A stretch of DNA of 64,000 nt, from positions 29,083-93,082 of the forward strand of contig DNVR01000008.1 of the NCBI GenBank assembly GCA_003507445.1, given 5' to 3'. The stretch comes from Candidatus Moraniibacteriota bacterium (GTDB lineage: Bacteria > Patescibacteriota > Minisyncoccia > Moranbacterales > GWC2-37-73). The translations under genes were made by a program, and so were the position numbers. A model generated the notes under the pieces. The model searched no databases, had not been told where the DNA came from, and saw nothing but the letters and a program-made list of their open reading frames with translations. Position 1 is the first letter of the stretch, and every line of letters starts with the position of its first letter. Below, one piece after another: positions 56,525 through 64,000 of this stretch.

Positions 56525-57127
56525 ATGTTTGAAGTAGAGAAAAAATTTATACTTTCTGAAAGTGATGCTAAAAAGCTTGTTGAGGGAGCTGATTTTGTTG
56601 GCGAAAAAACTTTTACAGATGTGTATTATGACACTGATGAGTTTGCGCTGACAAAAAATGACATTTGGCTGAGAAAAAGAGGGGGGTATTTTGAATTGAA
56701 ATTACCGATGCATTTGGGTGATAAAAATTTTTCGCAGCAATATCAAGAAATTGAAGGGGAGGAAAAAATAAGGGAAATTTTTGCGATTGCAAAAATAAAT
56801 GATTTTGAAAGTGATATTGAAGCGTTCGGTTATAAGCTTTTTTGCAATTGCATCACAACAAGAAAAAAATTCAAAAAAGAGGGATTTGTTATTGATCTGG
56901 ACAGCGTGGTTTATGATGACAAAAGCACTTATAATATTGGTAAGATAGAACTTTTGGTGGAAGAAAAAAAACAGATGGCTGAAGCGCTGGAAAAAATTGA
57001 AAAATTTGCACAAAAAAACGGACTGAAAAGTTCGCCCGTCAAAGAAAGGGTTATTGAATATTTGTCACGTAGCAAACCCGATCATTATCGCGCACTTGTT
57101 GAAGCAGGAGTTATTGATCTTTCATGA
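56525..57127 (+). CDS. CYTH-domain protein (CyaB/thiamine-triphosphatase-like)
   Basis: N-terminal EVEKKFIL matches the CYTH ExExK signature. 200 aa. Confidence 0.55.
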   Translation: MFEVEKKFILSESDAKKLVEGADFVGEKTFTDVYYDTDEFALTKNDIWLRKRGGYFELKLPMHLGDKNFSQQYQEIEGEEKIREIFAIAKINDFESDIEAFGYKLFCNCITTRKKFKKEGFVIDLDSVVYDDKSTYNIGKIELLVEEKKQMAEALEKIEKFAQKNGLKSSPVKERVIEYLSRSKPDHYRALVEAGVIDLS

Positions 57128-57160
57128 CTTTTGTGCTTGGCTGGATGTTATTCTTTGAAA

Positions 57161-57763
57161 TTATTTCAACATACCTTTGCCAAAAGGGAAGTCGTTGCCT
57201 CTTTTTTCGTCGAGAGTTTTTTTGGAAATTGGTTTTAAATGTAGATCTAATTCTGGCTCTACCTCTGGGTGTTTCAGTTCAGTTTCTATTTCTTTTTTTG
57301 GCATCTCCCTAGGTGGAATTACTATTGTAAACTCTACGGGATCTTCCTGATCGTCTATATCTCCAGTGGGTAAGCTTTTTTCAATGTGTTCATCTCCATG
57401 AAGTCCAGCAAGAGAGGATGTGCGGTGTTTGTTTGTTGTTTGCATTATTTCTTTTGGTTGCAAATCTTTGTTTTCATTATTGAATAAAAAGGTCTTTTGT
57501 TCCATTGTTAAACTTTCCAATCTCGCATTCTCGCTTATTTCTCGCAAAAAAACAGACATATTTTTTTTAAGATATGCCAGCCAAAAACTTTTGTCTTCAT
57601 AATAAACATCTCCAAATTCTTTGTTGAGCGTTGAAAAAAGCTCCTCGGCAGTTATTTTTGGTTGATTTGTTAATCTTTTTTTGCATGACAATTTGACACC
57701 TTCAATAACGTGCTTGTTTTTGTGTAGAAATTCTTGATATTTCGAATGCGTATTTTGAGGCAT
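57161..57763 (-). CDS. hypothetical protein
   Basis: 200-aa ORF, charged and low-complexity C-terminus. No motif recognised. Confidence 0.4.
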   Translation of the reverse strand: MPQNTHSKYQEFLHKNKHVIEGVKLSCKKRLTNQPKITAEELFSTLNKEFGDVYYEDKSFWLAYLKKNMSVFLREISENARLESLTMEQKTFLFNNENKDLQPKEIMQTTNKHRTSSLAGLHGDEHIEKSLPTGDIDDQEDPVEFTIVIPPREMPKKEIETELKHPEVEPELDLHLKPISKKTLDEKRGNDFPFGKGMLK

Positions 57764-57849
57764 AATGTTTATCTTTAGTTATGATTCATTGCTATCGTGT
57801 TTCAAATATAGCAAAAAAAAGTTGATTTGGCGATTAAGTAGCTCGTTTG

Positions 57850-58578
57850 CTATTTCGTTTCCTGCCTGGCAATTACGATTGCGAAAACCTCGCTTGCCCC
57901 CGCTTCTTTTAATATTTTGGCGCATTCAAAGAGGGTGGAGCCAGTGGTGGCAATGTCGTCAACCAACAAAACAGTTTTGTTTTTGATTTCCGCATTAGGA
58001 GAGAGTGAAAATGCTCCGGCAATATTTTGCTTGCGCGAAATGTGATCTTTTATTTTCATTTGTGGCGACGTGTAGCGATTGCGAATAAGAATGTTTTCGT
58101 CAAATGATATTTTGTTTTGAGGCAATAAATTGTCGGCAAGATGTTTTGCGAGCAGCGCTGATTGATTGAATCCTCGCCAGCGGAGTCTTCTTTTGTGAAG
58201 CGGCACTGGTGTTATGATGTTTGGCAGTGGAAGTTCTGTTTTTCTTAAGACATTCACAAATAAATTTCCCAAAGGAACGTGCAAATCATCCACGAAGCGA
58301 TATTTGAAAAGATGAACTGCTTTTGAAATTTGAAATTGGGAATAGGAAGCTGCAACAACCATTCCATCAAGAGAACTTTTTTTCTTGCAAGCAAGACAAG
58401 TTTGTCCATCCGGAGTAATCATTTTTTCGCATATTGGGCACAAATGTTCCTCATTAATGTGAATGTTATTTTGACATTTGTTACAAAGCCAAGAACTCTC
58501 TTTTTTGCAGTTTATGCAAGAAATAGGAAATAAAGTGTCCAATAATATGAAATGCGTTTTTTTAAGAAAGTTTTTCAA
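57850..58578 (-). CDS. comFC: ComF-family protein (double zinc ribbon + phosphoribosyltransferase domain)
   Basis: CINCKK...CNKCQ / CPICEK...CLAC zinc ribbons and PRPP-binding VLLVDDIATTGSTL. Confidence 0.8.
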   Translation of the reverse strand: MKNFLKKTHFILLDTLFPISCINCKKESSWLCNKCQNNIHINEEHLCPICEKMITPDGQTCLACKKKSSLDGMVVAASYSQFQISKAVHLFKYRFVDDLHVPLGNLFVNVLRKTELPLPNIITPVPLHKRRLRWRGFNQSALLAKHLADNLLPQNKISFDENILIRNRYTSPQMKIKDHISRKQNIAGAFSLSPNAEIKNKTVLLVDDIATTGSTLFECAKILKEAGASEVFAIVIARQETK

Positions 58579-58700
58579 AATTATGATATGATAATAGTGT
58601 CATTGTAGGGAAATAATAAAAAAGAGTTGTTGTTTGTTTTTCAAAATTATGTTATTATGATAACATAATTTTCGAGTTGTAGTATAAAACAAATATAAAA

Positions 58701-59804
58701 ATGTTTGAATTTTTAAAGAAAGTAGACAATCACTTTGTCGGAATAGATTTTGGAACATCCTCAATTAAAGTTGTGGAGCTTTCCTTTGAAAATCAAAAAA
58801 CCAAATTGGAAAATTATGGTGTTGTTGATTTGAACTGGAATGGGCAAGGCGATCAAACAAAGGGTGCAAGTGTTTCTTCTTATGAGCAAAAATTGAACAG
58901 CGCACTCAAGAGCTTAATTGCAAAAATGAAATTGAAACGAGGCTCAAAAGCGTTTGTTTCCATTCCTGGATTCAGCGGGCTTATAACAATCATTGAATTA
59001 CCTGAGATGCAGCAGGACGAGCTTGCCAGGGCTATTCAATTTGAGGCTCACAAATATATTCCAAGCTCTCTGGATGAGGTTGCAATGAGTTGGGAGATTA
59101 TTGAACATCTTGAAGCGGACAAGGTGCCGCAGCAAAATTTGGAGAAAAATAATGCCAAAAGAATAAGGGTTCTTCTTGTTGCTGCACCAAAAAAAGACAT
59201 TGAACACTACGACAGACTTGTTTCTGGAATGAATATGGAAGTTAGAGCCATCGAATTGGAAACTTTTTCAATCGCACGCTCTTTGGTGGGAGAGGATGTT
59301 GGCAACTTTTTTATTATCGATATTGGTTCTCGAGCAGCTAATATGATTTTAGTAGAAAAAGGAGTTGTGACAGTTAATCGAAATATTGATGCTGGTGGAA
59401 ATGAAATTACAACTGCTATTGTTGATAGTATGGCTGTTTCAAGACAACGGGCAGAAAGTTTTAAAAAGGGAGATAAGGATTTGATAAACAGCAGGGAATC
59501 AGCACTTGTTATTCCAGTGCTGGAATTGATTGCAAGCGAATCAAAAAGAATATTGAACGCTTGTAGAGAGAAAAATAAAAACTTGCGCATCGATGGGATT
59601 TTTATTTCAGGCGGCACATCAAAAATGAAAGGCCTTGAAGAATATCTCACTAGCTCGCTTGGAATGCCTGTTACAGTGGGAGATCCTTGGAAAAGAATTT
59701 TAGTTGATGAAAATGCTAAACCGTTAGTGTCTCAACTAGGGGCTTCTTTTTCTGTCGCAATCGGTCTTGCTCTGCGAGGAATAGAAGAGTATAAACGTAA
59801 ATAA
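58701..59804 (+). CDS. pilM: type IV pilus assembly protein PilM (actin-like ATPase fold)
   Basis: FVGIDFGTSSIKVVEL N-terminal phosphate-1 motif, 367 aa. Followed by PilN/PilO-like genes. Confidence 0.75.
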   Translation: MFEFLKKVDNHFVGIDFGTSSIKVVELSFENQKTKLENYGVVDLNWNGQGDQTKGASVSSYEQKLNSALKSLIAKMKLKRGSKAFVSIPGFSGLITIIELPEMQQDELARAIQFEAHKYIPSSLDEVAMSWEIIEHLEADKVPQQNLEKNNAKRIRVLLVAAPKKDIEHYDRLVSGMNMEVRAIELETFSIARSLVGEDVGNFFIIDIGSRAANMILVEKGVVTVNRNIDAGGNEITTAIVDSMAVSRQRAESFKKGDKDLINSRESALVIPVLELIASESKRILNACREKNKNLRIDGIFISGGTSKMKGLEEYLTSSLGMPVTVGDPWKRILVDENAKPLVSQLGASFSVAIGLALRGIEEYKRK

Positions 59805-59886
59805 AAAATAAAAACATAATAAAAGAAATTAATATAATACCTCAGTTGAATAGTCGCCAAAGGCGAATTCAAAGGGGCAAGAAAAA

Positions 59887-60423
59887 ATGACCACTATAAA
59901 TTTGCATCAATCCCAGCAGGAGGACAATTCTTTTTTGAAAAGCGGGAACAAAGGAATGTTTTTTTCATTGGGAATTTTAGCTGTTATTGTATTGTTGTTT
60001 GCAGCATTGAAATTTTATGTTCCAGTTGTGGAAGGAAAAGACAACGCTTTGGCAGAGACTATCTTGGTTGAAAAAGGAAAAATTGTCAATTTGAAAAGTC
60101 TTGAAATGTCTATGGATACGCAAAATCGTCTAACTGAAATTAAAAAAAATCTTGAAATTGAAAATGAAAACGTAACACGTCTGGAAATTACCAAGGTACT
60201 TGATTATCTTGGCGAAGATATGAGCTCAGGAATGCTTGTTTCTGAATTTGAATATGATCAAGAAAAAGTGGTCGTTTCTTTTAAGGCTGATAATTTTAAT
60301 AACTTGGCTTTGCAAATTTTCAATCTTAAAAATTCCAAATATTTTGATGAAATAAACATTATGGACGTTGCTCGTAGTGAAGAAGGTGTAGAATGTAACA
60401 TTGAAATGAAAATTAAAAAATAA
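59887..60423 (+). CDS. pilN: PilN-like bitopic pilus assembly protein
   Basis: TINLHQ N-terminus (INLLP-like), single TM helix, coiled-coil periplasmic region. Gene order after pilM. Confidence 0.45.
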   Translation: MTTINLHQSQQEDNSFLKSGNKGMFFSLGILAVIVLLFAALKFYVPVVEGKDNALAETILVEKGKIVNLKSLEMSMDTQNRLTEIKKNLEIENENVTRLEITKVLDYLGEDMSSGMLVSEFEYDQEKVVVSFKADNFNNLALQIFNLKNSKYFDEINIMDVARSEEGVECNIEMKIKK

Positions 60424-60488
60424 AAGATAAAAATATATATTGTTCTCGTTTTTGCTTAGAAACAAGCAATAACCTGGATTTAAAAAAA

Positions 60489-61265
60489 ATGAAATTAAAA
60501 TTCCTTTTCTTTCCCATTATGCTTTCTGTCTCGGTCGTTATTTTTATTAGTTTTGTGTGGCCGGAAATAAATAATATCAAAAAAATAAATGAGGATATTA
60601 TTGCAAAAAAAGAGGAATTAAAAGAGATTAATAACAGAAATGCAGCAATTGAAGCGCTTGGGAAAGAACTTGTTGATAACGCTGACATACAAAATGTTGT
60701 AAAAAGATATTTGCCAAGCAATAAAACTGAGGAGCGAATTATTAGTGAAATAAATTTTTTGGCCAACGACGCGAATGTCTCCTTGTTGGACATTTCCTTG
60801 AAAAGTGGCGAAAAGGCTGCTGCTCCAACAACTAAAAATGTTACATCTCCTGATGGTCAAGAAACTTTAAATGAAATTAATTCATTGCAAACAATTCCCG
60901 CTGAGATTTCAATCGCTGGCGAATATGAAAAAATAAGGATATTTCTCAACAACTTGCAAAGAATGCCGGTTTTTAATGTTGTTAAATCTGTGAAAATTGC
61001 AAAGCAAACAAATGAAACAGATGGGGAGCAGGAGGCAGAGGGAGAGCCTGTTGTTAACAACAGTAATTTGTTGTTGGCCGATGTCGAAATAAATTTTGGG
61101 TATTTGGATACTATAAAAATAAATAATCAGAAAGTTGAAAATTTTAATGCCATTTTGGATAACGAAACAATTGTCGCCTTGAAGAAATATATTCCTCAAA
61201 AGGCTCAATTAATCGGGGATTATATTGCTCCTGAAGGAAAGCAAAATCCGTTTGTCGTTAATTAA
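60489..61265 (+). CDS. pilO: PilO-like bitopic pilus assembly protein
   Basis: N-terminal TM helix, coiled coil, periplasmic domain. Position between pilN and pilB. Confidence 0.4.
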   Translation: MKLKFLFFPIMLSVSVVIFISFVWPEINNIKKINEDIIAKKEELKEINNRNAAIEALGKELVDNADIQNVVKRYLPSNKTEERIISEINFLANDANVSLLDISLKSGEKAAAPTTKNVTSPDGQETLNEINSLQTIPAEISIAGEYEKIRIFLNNLQRMPVFNVVKSVKIAKQTNETDGEQEAEGEPVVNNSNLLLADVEINFGYLDTIKINNQKVENFNAILDNETIVALKKYIPQKAQLIGDYIAPEGKQNPFVVN

Positions 61266-61307
61266 TTTTTGCTACCCGAATTCCTGATTTAAGGTTCCTT
61301 ATTTATT

Positions 61308-63026
61308 ATGGAGAAAAAAAATACATCGAAAAAAAATGTCGCATCAAATGCAAGCAAATCAAACTTGGCGCATTCTGATTCTGATGAAATAGCAAAAAAA
61401 GCCAAGGAATTGGGAATTCCGTATCTTCAAGATGCTCCAATCATCAATTCCGAAACGTTGAATATTATTTCTGAAGACATTGCAAAGCAAAATAAAATCG
61501 TTGCTTTTGAAGCAAGTGGAGCCAATGTTAAAATAGCAATAATTGATCCGCAAAATACAAATGCCCTTAACATCCTGCGCTTTATTTCTGAAAAAAGAAG
61601 ATTAGAGTTTGATTTGTACTTGGTTTCGGAGGTGATTTTTCAGAAAATGATAGAGCAATATGAAGGTGGCGCAGAGAAAGCTATTGAAGAAGCAATGGAT
61701 TCTTTGCAGATGGAAAGTGTTAAGGATATGAATTTGACGGCAGAAGAAGATGATGACTCAAAAGCTAATGATAGTTTGCAATCAGCGCCTGTAACAAAAC
61801 TTTTAAGTGTCGTTATTAGGCACGCAATTGACGGAAAAGCGAGTGATATTCATATTGAGCCGTATGGAGCAAAAGAATATCGCGTTCGTTTTAGAGTTGA
61901 TGGTGTTCTGTATGCTTCTCTTTCTATTCCAAAAGAAGTTGGCAGGGCTGTTGTATCAAGAATAAAAATTCTTTCTAATTTGAAAATAGACGAAAAAAGG
62001 AAACCTCAGGATGGAAGATTTAAGATTAAAGAAGATGGACATTCGGTTGATTTTCGCGTGTCGACTTTGCCTGTGATTGATGGTGAAAAAGTCGTGTTGC
62101 GTCTTTTGGACACGGGTAGCAAGGTCATCGACCTTGAAAGTATGGGGCTTATGGGAAGCGGGCGGGAAATTCTTACTCGAAATATCAAGGAACCATTCGG
62201 TATTATTTTAATGACGGGTCCAACAGGAAGTGGAAAATCAACAACACTGTATGCTTGTTTGGATATTCTTAACAAAGAAGAACGAAACATAATAACACTT
62301 GAAGATCCTGTGGAATATTCAATCTCCGGAATCAATCAAAGTCAAATAAACCCAGAAATAGGATATACTTTTGCCAGTGGACTTCGCAGTATTTTGCGTC
62401 AAGATCCTAATGTTATTATGGTTGGGGAAATTCGTGACAACGAAACGGCTGAGCTTACCATTCACGCAGCACTCACGGGGCATTTGGTTGTTTCTACTTT
62501 GCATACAAACAGTTCTATCGGTGCAGTTCCGCGACTTATTGATATGGGAATCGAAGCTTTTTTGTTGGCCTCATCTCTTCGAGTTGTGGGAGCGCAGAGA
62601 CTTGTACGAAGAATTTGCAGCGATTGCAAAGAAGAAGTGAAAATTTCTCCGGCAGTTTCAGAATATATTCATGAACAAATAGACAAAATGTCAAAAGAGG
62701 AAATTGAAAAGTATAAATTAAATTTGGAAGACGGAGTGCATATGTATAAAGGCAAGGGATGCGAATCTTGTGGGAATAGCGGATATAAGGGTCGCGTAGC
62801 AATTTTTGAAGCACTTGAAATTGATAAGGAAATGAAAGAAATAATTTCTGAGCACAATGGTTCAGAGACCGCTGTTCAAGAATATGCCAACAAGCAAGGA
62901 ATGGTAACAATCAAACAAGACGGTGTGCTCAAAGTTTTGCTTGGACTGACAACGCTTGAAGAGGTTGAAAGAGTAACCGAGGGAAGCAAAAATGTTGGAG
63001 GCGAGATGGAGGATGATAAAGGCTAA
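61308..63026 (+). CDS. pilB: type IV pilus assembly ATPase PilB (GspE family)
   Basis: Walker A GPTGSGKSTT, Asp box, His box, tetracysteine CSDC...CESCGNSGY zinc motif, N-terminal GspE_N-like domain. Confidence 0.85.
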   Translation: MEKKNTSKKNVASNASKSNLAHSDSDEIAKKAKELGIPYLQDAPIINSETLNIISEDIAKQNKIVAFEASGANVKIAIIDPQNTNALNILRFISEKRRLEFDLYLVSEVIFQKMIEQYEGGAEKAIEEAMDSLQMESVKDMNLTAEEDDDSKANDSLQSAPVTKLLSVVIRHAIDGKASDIHIEPYGAKEYRVRFRVDGVLYASLSIPKEVGRAVVSRIKILSNLKIDEKRKPQDGRFKIKEDGHSVDFRVSTLPVIDGEKVVLRLLDTGSKVIDLESMGLMGSGREILTRNIKEPFGIILMTGPTGSGKSTTLYACLDILNKEERNIITLEDPVEYSISGINQSQINPEIGYTFASGLRSILRQDPNVIMVGEIRDNETAELTIHAALTGHLVVSTLHTNSSIGAVPRLIDMGIEAFLLASSLRVVGAQRLVRRICSDCKEEVKISPAVSEYIHEQIDKMSKEEIEKYKLNLEDGVHMYKGKGCESCGNSGYKGRVAIFEALEIDKEMKEIISEHNGSETAVQEYANKQGMVTIKQDGVLKVLLGLTTLEEVERVTEGSKNVGGEMEDDKG

Positions 63027-63043
63027 ATTTAAAAAATATAAAT

Positions 63044-63427
63044 ATGGCTATGAAGGCTAAGAGAATATTGATTGCTGAAGATGATGCGTTTATTAGGGAT
63101 ATTTATGAAATGAAATTTTCTCAGGAAGGTTTTGATGTTATTGTTGCTGAAGACGGAGTTGATGCTATGGAAAAATTGAAAAAAGAAATTCCTGACATTA
63201 TTTTGCTTGATATAATTATGCCGAATATGGATGGTATTCAAGTTTTTAAAAAAATAAAAAGTATTGATGCTTTAAAGGAAATTCCAGTTATAATGCTTAC
63301 AAATATTTCAAAAGATAATGAAAATATTGTTAATAGTGTTGAAAATGGAGCTGATGGATATTTAATAAAATCGCATTTCACGCCGTCGGAAGTTGTGCTC
63401 AAAGTAAAAACTTTGCTGAAGATGTAA
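63044..63427 (+). CDS. single-domain response regulator (CheY-like), paralog of 15197..15589
   Basis: ILIAEDDAFIRDIY, LLDIIMPNMDG, YLIKSHFTPSEVV closely parallels the other receiver. Confidence 0.8.
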   Translation: MAMKAKRILIAEDDAFIRDIYEMKFSQEGFDVIVAEDGVDAMEKLKKEIPDIILLDIIMPNMDGIQVFKKIKSIDALKEIPVIMLTNISKDNENIVNSVENGADGYLIKSHFTPSEVVLKVKTLLKM

Positions 63428-63471
63428 AAATTGGTATAATATAAACACAGTGTTTTTAAAATAAAAACAAA

Positions 63472-64000
63472 ATGACAACATTGCATAGTGAACAAAGAAT
63501 AAAAAATCTTTTAAGATTGGTGGCTCAGCAAAATGCTTCTGATTTGCATTTGGTCGTGGGTCGTTATCCAACGCTTAGGCTTGATGGAAAACTGTATCCC
63601 TTAACTCAGGAAACTATTTTATCTGCTGATGACACGCAAGCACTCAGTGATGCCTTGATGAGTGAAGACAACAAGAAAAAGCTGATTGCAGATGGTCAGG
63701 TCGATTTTTCATATAATTTTGAAGACAAAGCTCGATTTCGAACTAATATTTTTCATCAGCAGGGAAACACAAGTGTGACTATGCGTATGGTTTCTGGAAA
63801 TGTTCGCACTTTGGAAGAATTGAACATACCGCCGATATTATATGATTTTACCAAAAATGCCCAGGGGTTGCTCTTGGTGACAGGGCCTGTTGGACACGGA
63901 AAATCAACAACACTTTCCGCTTTGGTTGATTTTGTTAATCATAATGAAGACAAGCACATAATCACGATTGAAGATCCTATCGAATATATTTACGAGCAGG
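63472..64000 (+). CDS. pilT: twitching-motility ATPase PilT (3' end beyond window)
   Basis: ATG at 63472. [19 protein letters not shown]-terminal motif and Walker [11 protein letters not shown]. Open to window end. Confidence 0.8.
   Translation, partial: MTTLHSEQRIKNLLRLVAQQNASDLHLVVGRYPTLRLDGKLYPLTQETILSADDTQALSDALMSEDNKKKLIADGQVDFSYNFEDKARFRTNIFHQQGNTSVTMRMVSGNVRTLEELNIPPILYDFTKNAQGLLLVTGPVGHGKSTTLSALVDFVNHNEDKHIITIEDPIEYIYEQ

Overview
This is an AT-rich (~35% GC) window. Gene content suggests a Patescibacteria/CPR-like genome: type IV pilus/competence genes (comFC, pilMNO, pilB, pilT), giant surface proteins, archaeal-type sugar isomerases, small proteins and many short intergenic repeats. 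I did this by eye without any search tools, so every product call is a motif-level inference.

Describe:
- Core genes recognised: rplT, rpmI and infC (infC with a non-ATG start), tmRNA (ssrA) next to smpB, trpS, recG, RNase J, secG, and phosphohexomutase.
- Peptidases: M17 LAP, M16 and U32.
- Regulators and transport: an orphan sensor kinase, two paralogous CheY-like receivers, an MFS and an EamA-like transporter, and an oligopeptide SBP.
- Other enzymes: a HAD hydrolase, a CYTH protein, a DksA/TraR zinc finger and a Fic (class II) protein.
- tRNAs: tRNA-Arg and two tRNA-Ser, all with adjacent partial tRNA copies.

Hunt:
- Duplicated surface module: a small secreted Cys-rich 'KTGWTKY' protein followed by a giant multi-domain surface protein (3703 aa and 1406 aa). 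The two large genes share a paralogous C-terminus, an identical last 19 aa and an identical ~105-bp downstream hairpin region. The 3703-aa gene also carries perfect internal 75-141-bp repeats.
- A GC-rich (~58%), highly structured ~200-bp repeat family with deletion derivatives at 1.4-4 kb, next to GC-rich islands carrying SD-led micro-ORFs.
- A ~100-110-bp heptamer-array element that sits exactly between infC and rpmI and is also inserted in-frame inside recG, plus related GAAATTR/TTCCAAT arrays elsewhere.
- A MITE-like palindromic element with ATTCCC-N8-GGGAAT cores (two copies).
- A third ~80-bp repeat family (GGCACGCTT-palindrome-GCTGTCGCC).
- A consensus sigma70 promoter with a long structured leader upstream of rnj.
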